Shown piece by piece: positions 17,186 through 26,350 of a stretch of DNA of 64,000 bases. The notes beneath the pieces are model-generated. The model saw only the letters and a list, made by a program, of their open reading frames with translations, was not told the DNA's origin and did not search any database. Source of the stretch: Gemmatimonadota bacterium. Lineage in GTDB: Bacteria > Gemmatimonadota > Gemmatimonadetes > Gemmatimonadales > GWC2-71-9. The position numbers and the translations under genes are program-made. The DNA lies in NCBI GenBank assembly GCA_003222135.1, contig QHUM01000047.1, positions 272 through 64,271 of the forward strand, written 5' to 3'. The stretch's first letter is position 1. Every line of letters begins with the position of its first letter.

Positions 17186-20140
17186 ATGACCCGCCTCGTG
17201 ATCAACGGCCGGAGCATCACGGCTCAGCCCGACCAGACGATCCTCGAGGCCGCCCGGGCTGCCGGAATCGACGACATCCCCACCTTGTGCTGGTATCCCA
17301 AACTCCCGGTCGTGGGAAACTGCCGCATCTGCCTGGTCTCGGTCGAAGGCCAGCCGAAGCTCCTGCCGGCGTGCGCGACGCAGGTGGCGGACGGCATGGT
17401 GGTGCAAGCCGAGTCCCACGCCGCCGTCGAAAACCGGCGCGGGGTACTGCGGCTGCTGCTGGAGCGCTACCCGGGGGACCATCTGATCAACGGCGGTCGC
17501 GCCCGGCCCCGCAACGAGTTCGAGCGGTACGTGGTGCGCTACGGCGTCGTGCCGACGCCCCCGGGAGGGCGCGACCTGCCGCTGCGCCACGGCGACGAGC
17601 GCCCGGGCGACTCGATGATTCGCCACGACATGAGCACCTGCGTGCTGTGCACGCGCTGCGTGCGCGCGTGTGAGGACATCCAGGTCGTGGGAGTCCTGGA
17701 CGTGGGCCAGCGGGGCGAGCACACCGAGATCATCGTCGGCGCCGACGGCGACCCCGACAAGGCGGGATGCACGTGGTGCGGCGAGTGCGTCCGCGTCTGC
17801 CCCACCGGCGCGATCTTCGAGGTGATGCCGCAGCAGCGCTTCGCCCCGGAGCGCATCCGCCATCCGGACCGCGTCGTCCGATCGGTGTGCCCGTACTGCG
17901 GGGTCGGGTGTCAGGTGGACCTGCACGTAGCCGACAACACGGTCCTGCGCGTCACCTCGCCCGACATCGAGCTCGATACTCCGAATCAGGGCTCGACGTG
18001 CGTGAAGGGCCGGTTCGGCTATGACTTCCCGCAGCACCGCGACCGGCTCACCAAGCCGCTGATCCGGAAGGGGTGGGTGAAGGAGGGCGGTCGCTGGACG
18101 TGGCGCGGGCCGACGGGCCGGGAGCGCCGCGGCGGGCCGTGGCAGACGATCGAAGGTGAGGGCCAGAATGCGAAGCCGGCGGGCCCGCCGCGCTCGGTCG
18201 GCAAATCGCTGCGCGAGCTATCGCTGCTCGAGCGGCTCGACCTGGACATCCGCGACCGCGGGGCCACGCCGGCGTCCTGGTACGAGCCGTTCCGCGAGGC
18301 GAGCTGGGACGAGGCACTCGAGCTCACCACGCAGGAGCTGTTGCGTATCAAAGGCGCGCGCGGCGGCGACGCGCTCGCCTGCTTCTCCTCGGCCAAGTGC
18401 TCGAATGAAGAGAACTACGTCCTCATGCGGCTGTTCCGCGGAGCGCTCGGCACCAACAACATCGACCACTGCACGCGGTTGTGCCATTCGACCTCGGTCG
18501 CGGCGATGCAGCGAGCGCTCAACACGTCGGCGGCCTCCGGCTCGATGCGTGAGGTCGAGCACGCCGCGGATGTCATCTTCATCGCCGGCGCCAACACGAC
18601 CGAATCGCACCCCGTGTTCGGCGCGGCGATCAAGCGCGCGCAGCAGCGCGGTGCCACGCTCGTCGTGGCCGATCCCCGCCGCACCGAGCTGGCCGGGCGG
18701 GCCGACGTCCATCTCCAGATGCAGCCCGGCACGGACGTGGCGCTGTTCACCGCGATGCTCAATCACATCGTCGCGCGCGGGTTCGAAGACAAGCCGTTCA
18801 TCGCGGCGCGCACGACCGGGTTCGACGCGGTGCGGCAGTCCGTGCGGGCCCTGACGCCGGAGGTCGCGGCGAAGATCACGGGCGTCCCGGCGGAGCTGAT
18901 CAGGCGCGCGGCGGAGATCTACGCGAAGGGCCCCAAGACGAGCACCCTGTGGGCGATGGGACTCACGCAGCACGCCAACGGCACCGATCTGGTCGCGTCG
19001 CTGCTCAACCTCATGCTCGCCTGCGGCATGATCGGCCGCTGGGGTGCGGCGATGATGCCGGTGCGCGGCCAGAACAACGTCCAAGGCGCCTCCGACGTGG
19101 GGGCGATCCCGTTCGTCTACACCGACTACCGGTCGGTCAAAGACCCGAAGATCCGGGCGGAGTACGCCCACGTCTGGGGCGTCCCCGCGGAGTCCCTCTC
19201 GCTCAAGGAGGGGCTCATGGTCACGGAGATCGTGAAGCACGAGAGCGGGGTCCGCGGCATGTACATCATGGGCGAGAACCCGATCATCTCCGATCCCGAC
19301 ATCGCCCACGCCGAGCACTGGTTCCGCGAGCTGGAATTCCTCGCGGTGCACGACTTGTTCCTCACGGAGACGGCCCGTTACGCGGATGTCGTCCTGCCGG
19401 GCTCGAGCTTCGCCGAGAAGACCGGGACCTTCGTGAACACCGAGCGCCGGATCCAGCTTGCGCGCGAGGCGGCGACTCCGCCGGGCGACGCGCGCTACGA
19501 CTTGCAGATCCTGATCGAGCTGTCGAACCGGCTCGGCCTCAAGACCGCCCACACGACGGCGCAGGACGTGATGCGGGAGATCGTGCGCGTGACCCCGAGC
19601 TGGGCGGGCGTCACCTACGAGCGACTCGACGGCGCCGGCCTGCAGTATCCCGTGCCGACCGCCGCCCATCCGGGCACCGCCTTCCTGTTCGACCAGCGGT
19701 TCCCCACGACGGACGGCAAGGCGATCTTCGTGCCCGTCGAGTATGGGCCGCCCGTCGAGCTTCCGGATGACGCGTACCCGTTCGTGATGAACACGGGCCG
19801 CCAGCTGTATCACTGGCACACCGGGACCATGACCCGTCGCGCGACCGGGCTCGACCAGCGTGAGCCGACGGCCATCATGGAGATCAACCCGGCGGACGCC
19901 GCCGCACTCGGCATCGAAGAAGGGGACCTGGCGCGCGTGACTTCCCGGCGCAACTCACTCGTCATCTCCTGCCGGATTTCCGACCGGGTGGCGCGCGGGC
20001 AGGTGTTCGTGCCGTTCCATTTCCGCGAGGCTGCCGCGAACCTGCTCACCAACCCGGTGCTCGATCCCTACGCGAAGATGGCCGAGCTGAAGTGCTGCGC
20101 GGTGCGCATCGAGCCGGCCGCCGTTCCCGCCGTCCGGTAG
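17186..20140 (+). CDS. fdhF: FdhF-like formate dehydrogenase alpha subunit (Mo/W-bisPGD, N-terminal Fe-S domains)
   Basis: 2Fe-2S motif, two CxxCxxCxxxC, CPYCGVGC, NNIDHCTRLCH, RGQNNVQG, EKTGTFVNTERR; possible leaderless promoter TTGCCG-16-TAATCT. Confidence 0.9.
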   Translation: MTRLVINGRSITAQPDQTILEAARAAGIDDIPTLCWYPKLPVVGNCRICLVSVEGQPKLLPACATQVADGMVVQAESHAAVENRRGVLRLLLERYPGDHLINGGRARPRNEFERYVVRYGVVPTPPGGRDLPLRHGDERPGDSMIRHDMSTCVLCTRCVRACEDIQVVGVLDVGQRGEHTEIIVGADGDPDKAGCTWCGECVRVCPTGAIFEVMPQQRFAPERIRHPDRVVRSVCPYCGVGCQVDLHVADNTVLRVTSPDIELDTPNQGSTCVKGRFGYDFPQHRDRLTKPLIRKGWVKEGGRWTWRGPTGRERRGGPWQTIEGEGQNAKPAGPPRSVGKSLRELSLLERLDLDIRDRGATPASWYEPFREASWDEALELTTQELLRIKGARGGDALACFSSAKCSNEENYVLMRLFRGALGTNNIDHCTRLCHSTSVAAMQRALNTSAASGSMREVEHAADVIFIAGANTTESHPVFGAAIKRAQQRGATLVVADPRRTELAGRADVHLQMQPGTDVALFTAMLNHIVARGFEDKPFIAARTTGFDAVRQSVRALTPEVAAKITGVPAELIRRAAEIYAKGPKTSTLWAMGLTQHANGTDLVASLLNLMLACGMIGRWGAAMMPVRGQNNVQGASDVGAIPFVYTDYRSVKDPKIRAEYAHVWGVPAESLSLKEGLMVTEIVKHESGVRGMYIMGENPIISDPDIAHAEHWFRELEFLAVHDLFLTETARYADVVLPGSSFAEKTGTFVNTERRIQLAREAATPPGDARYDLQILIELSNRLGLKTAHTTAQDVMREIVRVTPSWAGVTYERLDGAGLQYPVPTAAHPGTAFLFDQRFPTTDGKAIFVPVEYGPPVELPDDAYPFVMNTGRQLYHWHTGTMTRRATGLDQREPTAIMEINPADAAALGIEEGDLARVTSRRNSLVISCRISDRVARGQVFVPFHFREAAANLLTNPVLDPYAKMAELKCCAVRIEPAAVPAVR

Positions 20141-20151
20141 AATTCCGCCCC

Positions 20152-20943
20152 ATGGATCTCGGCCTTGCCGGCCGCGTCGCCCTGGTGTGTGGCAGCACCA
20201 AGGGGCTGGGCCGCGCCGTGGCGAAGGCGCTGGCGCAGGAGGGCGCGCGCGTCGTCGTGAACGGCCGCCACCAGGAATCGGTCGAGCGGGCCGCCGTCGA
20301 GCTCCGCGCCGAGACCGGGCAGGATGTGACCGCCGGGCCGGGCGACGTCGGCGTCCCGGCGCAGGCCGAGGGGCTCGTCGCACGAGTGCACCGTGAGCTG
20401 GGCCGGCTGGACGTGCTGTTCTGCAATGCGGGCGGTCCACCGGCCGCACCGTTCAGCCAGCTGAGCGGAGAGGCGTTTCACCGCGCCGTGGAGCTGAACC
20501 TGCTCTCCGCCGTGCACCTGGCCCGCGCCGCCGTGCCGATCATGCGGCAGCTCCAGTGGGGCCGGGTGATCTGCCTCGCCTCCGTCGCCGCCAAACAGCC
20601 GCTCCCCGGACTCATCCTCTCCACCACCGCGCGCGCCGGCGTCCTGGGCTTCGCGAAGGCGCTGGCGGACGAGGTGGCGCCGGAAGGGATCACGGTCAAC
20701 GTGATCTGTCCGGGGTTCATCGCCACCGAGCGCATCACCGAGCTGACCGAAACCCGCGCCAAGCGGGAGAACCGCGGGTCGCAGGAGGTGATGCGCGACT
20801 TGGTGGCGGCGATTCCGCTGGGCCGCATGGGACGCACCGACGAGCTCGGCGCGGCGGTCGCGTTCCTGGCCTCCGAACGAGCCAGTTATATTACCGGCGC
20901 TGTGCTACAGGTAGATGGCGGGTTTACGCGATCGATCTTCTGA
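20152..20943 (+). CDS. SDR family oxidoreductase
   Basis: CGSTKGLG, CNAGGP, SxxxR variant of the catalytic motif, ASYITG..VDGG. Confidence 0.92.
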   Translation: MDLGLAGRVALVCGSTKGLGRAVAKALAQEGARVVVNGRHQESVERAAVELRAETGQDVTAGPGDVGVPAQAEGLVARVHRELGRLDVLFCNAGGPPAAPFSQLSGEAFHRAVELNLLSAVHLARAAVPIMRQLQWGRVICLASVAAKQPLPGLILSTTARAGVLGFAKALADEVAPEGITVNVICPGFIATERITELTETRAKRENRGSQEVMRDLVAAIPLGRMGRTDELGAAVAFLASERASYITGAVLQVDGGFTRSIF

Positions 20944-20964
20944 CACATCCTGCCGCCCGCTCCC

Positions 20965-21048
20965 GGGGACCCCGGGGCAGCGCCCCGGGGTCAGCCGCCC
21001 CGAGGTGGGTTCGCTCGGCTGACCCCGGGCCGGTGGCCCGGGGTCCCC
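20965..21048. repeat. Long GC-rich inverted repeat (intergenic hairpin)
   Basis: 20965-20976 pairs with 21037-21048; 20984-20997 pairs with 21016-21029. Confidence 0.85.
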
Positions 21049-21061
21049 ATCCTGAGCTCAC

Positions 21062-22090
21062 ATGCAAGCGATCGTCAAGGAGAAGCGCGCCCCGGGTCTG
21101 AAGGTCACGACCGTCGCGAAACCGTCCGCCGGTCCCGGGGAGGTGCTCATCGCCGTGCGGCACGCCGGCGTGTGCGGCACCGACCTGCACATCGCCGACT
21201 GGGACACATGGGCGCAGGGACGCCTCAAACCGCCCCTCGTGATCGGCCACGAGTTCGCGGGTGAGATCGTCGCGGTGGGCGACGGCGTCGCTGAGCTCAA
21301 GGTCGGGCAGCCGGTGACGGCCGAGGGCCACATCGTGTGCGGGTACTGCATGCAGTGCCGCACCGGGAACGGGCACATCTGCCGCAACACGCGGATCATC
21401 GGCGTGGACCTGGACGGGGCGTTCGCCGAGTACATCGCGATGCCCGCCACCAACGTGCTGCCCCTGAACGGCATTCCGACCACCGTCGGGGCCGTGATGG
21501 ACCCGATGGGCAATGCCTTCCACGCGGTGCTGACGGCGGACGTGTCCGGCAGCACCGTGTTCATCGTGGGGTGCGGCCCGATCGGCTGCTTCGCGGTCGG
21601 CATCGCCCGCGCCGCGGGGGCGGCGAAAGTCATCGCGTCCGACGTGAACCCGAAGCGCCTCGAGCTCGCCCGCACGATGGGCGCGCACGTCGTCATCAAC
21701 GCGGCGCGGGACGACGTGGTGCGCACGGTCGTGGAGGAGACGGGCGGCGACGGGGCCGACGTGGTGTGCGAGATGTCGGGCGTCCCCTCCGCCCTGCACC
21801 AAGCATTCGCCGCGGTCCGCCTGGGCGGTCGGGTGCAGCTGCTCGGCATCCCCAAGGGCGACGTGCCCGTCGACTTCGCCACCGAGATCATCTTCAAGGG
21901 GATCACCGTGTACGGCGTCATCGGCCGGAAGATGTACGACACGTGGCAGCAGATGCGGCGCTATCTCACGGCCGGCCTGCTCGACCCGCGCCCGGTCATC
22001 ACGCACCAGTTTCCCCTCGCCAAGGTCGACGAAGCGCTCGCCGCGATCCGCGGGGGCGACGCCGGCAAGATCATCCTGGAGATCGCATGA
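21062..22090 (+). CDS. tdh: L-threonine 3-dehydrogenase
   Basis: CGTDLHI..WD, GHEF, EGHIVCGYC..C, GCGPIG; adjacent to kbl. Confidence 0.95.
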   Translation: MQAIVKEKRAPGLKVTTVAKPSAGPGEVLIAVRHAGVCGTDLHIADWDTWAQGRLKPPLVIGHEFAGEIVAVGDGVAELKVGQPVTAEGHIVCGYCMQCRTGNGHICRNTRIIGVDLDGAFAEYIAMPATNVLPLNGIPTTVGAVMDPMGNAFHAVLTADVSGSTVFIVGCGPIGCFAVGIARAAGAAKVIASDVNPKRLELARTMGAHVVINAARDDVVRTVVEETGGDGADVVCEMSGVPSALHQAFAAVRLGGRVQLLGIPKGDVPVDFATEIIFKGITVYGVIGRKMYDTWQQMRRYLTAGLLDPRPVITHQFPLAKVDEALAAIRGGDAGKIILEIA

Positions 22091-23280
22091 CGCTCGGAAT
22101 GAGGCTGGAGAGCGAGCTGGAGCAGTTCAAGCGCGACGGCGTATACAAGCGCCTCAATTACCTGGAGTCGCCGCAAGCCACCAGAGTCAAGATGCAAGGG
22201 CGCGGTGAGGTCGTGATTCTCTCGTCCAACAACTACCTGGGCCTCTGCAACGCCCCGGAGGTCGTGGCTGCCGGCCACCGGGCGCTCGACGCGTTCGGCG
22301 CGGGCACTGGCTCGGTCCGGTTCATCTGCGGCACATTTACGATCCACCGGGAGCTCGAGGCGGCACTCGCGCAATTCGTCGGATGTGAGTCCTCACTCAC
22401 ATATGTCAGCTGCTGGAACGCGAACGAGGGGCTTTGTCCCACCCTGTTGGGCGAGCGGGACATCGTCATCTCCGACCAGTTGAATCACGCCTCGATCATC
22501 GATTCGATCCGCCTGGCGAAGGCGGTCACCAAGTGCCAGACCGCGGTCTATAAGCACGCCGACATGGGCGACCTCGAGCAGACCTTAAAACGGGCACGGG
22601 ACGCACCGCTCAAGTTGATCTTCACCGACGGCGTGTTCTCAATGGAGGGCGATATCGCCCGGCTCCCCGACATCGTCGCGCTGGCGCGGCAATACGGCGC
22701 CGTGGTCGCCGTAGACGACTCCCACGCGACCGGCGTGCTCGGCAAGACCGGCCGCGGCACCGCCGAGCACTACGGCATGCTCGGAGAAGTGGACATCATC
22801 ACCTCGACGCTCGGCAAGGCGCTTGGCGGAGCCGCCGGCGGCTTCACGGCGGGCCCGGCGGCGCTCGCCGATTATCTGACGCAGCGCTCCCGCCCACAGC
22901 TGTTCAGCAATGCGCTCCCCCCCACGGTCGCCGGAAGCGCCCTCGGGGCGGTGCGCCACGTCGAGCGGCACCCGGAGCTGGTGAGCCGGCTGCACGAGAA
23001 CGCGAGCTACTTCCGTGGACGGTTGATCGCCCTCGGGTTCAAGCCCCTGCCGGGCGAGACCCCCATCATCCCCGTGATCCTGGGGGAGACCGCCCAGGCC
23101 ATTCAGATGAGCGAGCTGCTGCTCGATCAGGGGGTGTTTGTCACGGGGTTCGGCCATCCGGTGGTCCCGCAAGGCCATGCCCGAGTCCGCTGCCAGCTGT
23201 CGGCCGCCCACACCCGGGAGGACCTCGATTTCGCGCTGCAGGCCTTTAAGCGAGTCGGTACCCGGTTGGGCTTGATCTGA
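22087..23280 (+). CDS. kbl: Glycine C-acetyltransferase (2-amino-3-ketobutyrate CoA ligase)
   Basis: SNNYLGL, SVRFICGT, LNHASIID, DDSHA, TLGKALGG. Confidence 0.95.
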   Translation: MTLGMRLESELEQFKRDGVYKRLNYLESPQATRVKMQGRGEVVILSSNNYLGLCNAPEVVAAGHRALDAFGAGTGSVRFICGTFTIHRELEAALAQFVGCESSLTYVSCWNANEGLCPTLLGERDIVISDQLNHASIIDSIRLAKAVTKCQTAVYKHADMGDLEQTLKRARDAPLKLIFTDGVFSMEGDIARLPDIVALARQYGAVVAVDDSHATGVLGKTGRGTAEHYGMLGEVDIITSTLGKALGGAAGGFTAGPAALADYLTQRSRPQLFSNALPPTVAGSALGAVRHVERHPELVSRLHENASYFRGRLIALGFKPLPGETPIIPVILGETAQAIQMSELLLDQGVFVTGFGHPVVPQGHARVRCQLSAAHTREDLDFALQAFKRVGTRLGLI

Positions 23281-23440
23281 CGGTCGGTTTTCGGTGTTTG
23301 TTCGGTGCAAAGTGACTATGGTACCGTCCTGGACCTCAAGTACTTTCAAGGTTTCGAGGCTTAAAGCGAAGGGGTATCGCGTTTTCCGACCGAAACCCCT
23401 ATTTTGGGGGTCGCTTTTTCCGACCACCGAGGAGTCGTCC

Positions 23441-24685
23441 ATGCGGGCAGTCACTGTGATCGGGGTGTTGTTGGCAGCCGGGGCCGGGACCCTGAGGGCC
23501 CAGCATGCCCACCAGCTCGAGATCGGCGGCTTCGGCAGCTACAGCCGCTACGACAAGCAGTTCCAGCTCGACAACCAGTTCGGCGGTGGCGGCCGGCTCG
23601 CATTCTATTTCAACGATTACCTCGGCCTCGAGGTCGACGGCAACGTCGCCTACCCCTTCCCGAAATCCGGCGGGGCACACACGCAGGTACGCACCGGCAG
23701 CGCTAGCCTCGTCATCAACGGGGGGGGCGCGCACAACGTCCTGTATGTGCTGGGCGGCTTCTCGTACATCGATATGGGCGTGAATCCACCGTACAACTTT
23801 CATCTACTCGCAGGGCACGGCGGACTGGGCGACCGGATCTTCCTCACCGACCGGCTGGCGCTGCGGCTCGAAGCGCGTGCGTACTATGCCCCGAGTAGCT
23901 GTTGTTTGTCCTCGACGTGGGTGGGGCACGTGATCGGCTCCGCGGGACTCTCGTTCTTCATCGGGGGCGGCGGCCCGCACGAAGAGCTCCCGCCCCCGAT
24001 TCCCAAAGAGAAGCGCGACTCGATCATCGCGGCTGGGGGCAAGCCGCCGGAAGCCCCGCGACCAACGCGCGGTGGGCCGACGTACGAGCAACGGAGCAGC
24101 GACTGGAATCACAAGTGGTACTGGGGCGCGCAGGGCGGTCTGTTCGTGTTCAAGACCAACTACGACAGCTACGCCTTTGAGCCGACGTTCGGCGGCCATT
24201 GGCTGGTGACCGGCAAGCGCACGGCGCTGTACCTCGCGTATGAGCAATCGTTCTTCCTTTCGGACCGGCACACGACGATGGTCGAGCCCGACGGGACGAT
24301 CGAGCCGGGAAACGTCGCGTTCCACGACATGCGCCGCATCATGATCGGGGTACTCGCTTTTCCAGCGCAAAAGCGAGTCGAGCCGTTCGGCGGCGGCGGG
24401 TTCGCCATCATGCAGCTGCTGAACCCCCAGGTGACGTGCTCGAGCTGCCAGACGCTGTCGCAGTTCTCCCAGCTGCAGGACGAAGCCGACGCAGCGGCGA
24501 GCAAGGCGTTCTTCTGGTGGATGGGGGGGGTCGACATCAAGCAGGGGCGGCTCGCGCTGTACGGCCACTACATTCTGACGTCGTCGGCCCGGGGCTTCCT
24601 GATCCAAGGCACGACCCACACGTTCCAGGGTGGCATCCGCTACAGCTTGGGCAGCGCCAAGGAAGGGGTCACCGAAGGGCACTGA
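23441..24685 (+). CDS. Outer-membrane protein with two tandem OmpA-like beta-barrel domains
   Basis: Signal peptide, two blocks of alternating aromatic/Gly strands (ending AGLSFF and GGIRY) joined by a Pro-rich linker; GAGGAG RBS. Confidence 0.75.
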   Translation: MRAVTVIGVLLAAGAGTLRAQHAHQLEIGGFGSYSRYDKQFQLDNQFGGGGRLAFYFNDYLGLEVDGNVAYPFPKSGGAHTQVRTGSASLVINGGGAHNVLYVLGGFSYIDMGVNPPYNFHLLAGHGGLGDRIFLTDRLALRLEARAYYAPSSCCLSSTWVGHVIGSAGLSFFIGGGGPHEELPPPIPKEKRDSIIAAGGKPPEAPRPTRGGPTYEQRSSDWNHKWYWGAQGGLFVFKTNYDSYAFEPTFGGHWLVTGKRTALYLAYEQSFFLSDRHTTMVEPDGTIEPGNVAFHDMRRIMIGVLAFPAQKRVEPFGGGGFAIMQLLNPQVTCSSCQTLSQFSQLQDEADAAASKAFFWWMGGVDIKQGRLALYGHYILTSSARGFLIQGTTHTFQGGIRYSLGSAKEGVTEGH

Positions 24686-25781
24686 GTAGCCGGAGGAAGT
24701 TCTCTCCCAGGATCTTCGCGACGTCGCCGTCCGCGTAGCCGCGCGCCCGTAAGGCCGCGACCAGCAAGGGCAGCGACGTCGCGTCTTTCATGGGAGCGGG
24801 CAGGACGCTGATGCCGTCGAAGTCGCTTCCCAGCCCCACGTGGTCGATGCCCATCACCTGGACCGCGTGGTCGATGTGGTCCACCAGCCGATCGAGCCCG
24901 GGCACGCCGAGGCTCTCCGCCTTGTCACCCACGAACTTGTCGACCTCGAACGCGGACTCCCCCGGGCGCCCCCGGTAACGCGCATGGATCGCGTCGGTCT
25001 CGGGCCGCAGACGGCGCCGCAACTCCTCGTACTGCTCCCGGAAGTGGTCGTCGAGAAACACCGGATAGAAGTTGATGCCCACGACGCCGCCGTTCTTGGC
25101 AATGGCGCGCAGCTGAGCGTCCGACAGGTTCCGCGGGTGACGGGCAATCGCCCGGCAGGACGAATGCGAGGCGATCACGGGCCGCGAGGTCGTTGCCAGC
25201 ACGTCCCAGAAGGTCGAGTCCGAGACATGCGACACGTCCACCAGCATTCCCAGCTCGTTCATGTGCCGCACGACGCGCTTGCCGAGATCGGTGAGGCCCC
25301 CGTGGCGTCGCTCGTCGGTGGCCGAGCCGGCCCAATCGTTGCCGTTGTTCCACGTGAGCGTCATGTAGCGCACGCCCCGGCGATACAACGAGTCGAGGTG
25401 TGCGAGCGAGTTCTCGATGGCGTGGCCGCCCTCCACGCCCATCAGCACGGCGATGTGACCCCGCGCCACGGCCCCCCGCACTTCGTCCGCGTCCGTCGCC
25501 AGCTCGGCGCCGGGTTGCGTATCCACCAGCACCTGCACCGCATCGATCAACGCCAGGGCCCGTCGGAACGCGGTGCCCGGCCCGTAACGCGCGTCGACCC
25601 AGATCGAGAAGAACGCGGCCGAGAGGCCGCCTTCCTGCATCCGCGGGAGGTCGACGTGGCCGTCCGGCAACCGCGCCGAGATGTCGGCCTTCATGTCGAG
25701 CATGCGCTGCGCCGTGTCGATGTGGCCGTCGAGGATGATCGGGTGCTGGAGCACGAGCAGCAGTCCTAGCGGGAGACCCAT
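24669..25781 (-). CDS. Membrane dipeptidase (peptidase M19)
   Basis: DGHID, GVEGG, YMTLTW, VDVSH, ASHS, GSDFDG. Confidence 0.93.
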   Translation of the reverse strand: MGLPLGLLLVLQHPIILDGHIDTAQRMLDMKADISARLPDGHVDLPRMQEGGLSAAFFSIWVDARYGPGTAFRRALALIDAVQVLVDTQPGAELATDADEVRGAVARGHIAVLMGVEGGHAIENSLAHLDSLYRRGVRYMTLTWNNGNDWAGSATDERRHGGLTDLGKRVVRHMNELGMLVDVSHVSDSTFWDVLATTSRPVIASHSSCRAIARHPRNLSDAQLRAIAKNGGVVGINFYPVFLDDHFREQYEELRRRLRPETDAIHARYRGRPGESAFEVDKFVGDKAESLGVPGLDRLVDHIDHAVQVMGIDHVGLGSDFDGISVLPAPMKDATSLPLLVAALRARGYADGDVAKILGENFLRLLSALR

Positions 25782-26350
25782 GGCGAGCCCTCGATCAGGA
25801 ACCGCAGCGGCCAGTCGGTGGCCCGCGAGATACCGATGCGCGGTGTCGCGATGATGGTGCGTAGCTGTCGTGAAGGGTTTCTTACGACACGCAGCACGCC
25901 CCGCTGGAGCGACACCCCATCGAGCCGGCCGGTCACGCCCAGCGCCGCGCACAGCTTCGCCGGCCCCGAGCACAGCTCGCTGTCCGGCACGCCGCCCCGC
26001 CGCCGACGCATCGTCGCGAGTCCCGCCACGGGCTCGAGCGCGCGGATCAGCACGGCGGCGGGAAACCCCATCGCTTCCGTCACCGCGTTCAGGCACCAGT
26101 GCATCCCGTAGGTGAAGTAGACGTACGCGGTGCCGGGCGGCCCGAACAGACTCGCGTTGCGGCGGGTGCGACGCGCCCGGTAGCCGTGGCAAGCCGGGTC
26201 GTCAGGGCCCACGTACGCCTCAGTCTCAACGATACGGCCGGCCACGCGGTGGCCTCGGACCCGGCTCACGAGAACGTGGCCCAAAAGCCTACGCGCGACC
26301 TCAGATGTGGGTCGCGCGTAGAACGCCGCCGGGAGCGCCGCACCCGTCAC
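25766..26350 (-). CDS. mpg: 3-methyladenine DNA glycosylase (MPG/AAG)
   Basis: GRIVETEAY, YVYFTYGMHWCLN, AVLIRALEP, GPAKLC, RIGI. Confidence 0.95.
   Translation of the reverse strand: MTGAALPAAFYARPTSEVARRLLGHVLVSRVRGHRVAGRIVETEAYVGPDDPACHGYRARRTRRNASLFGPPGTAYVYFTYGMHWCLNAVTEAMGFPAAVLIRALEPVAGLATMRRRRGGVPDSELCSGPAKLCAALGVTGRLDGVSLQRGVLRVVRNPSRQLRTIIATPRIGISRATDWPLRFLIEGSPWVSR

Noticed and set aside
23300-23370. c-di-GMP-I riboswitch (GCAAAG motif)
   Set aside because: P1/P2 architecture and tetraloop-receptor could not be built
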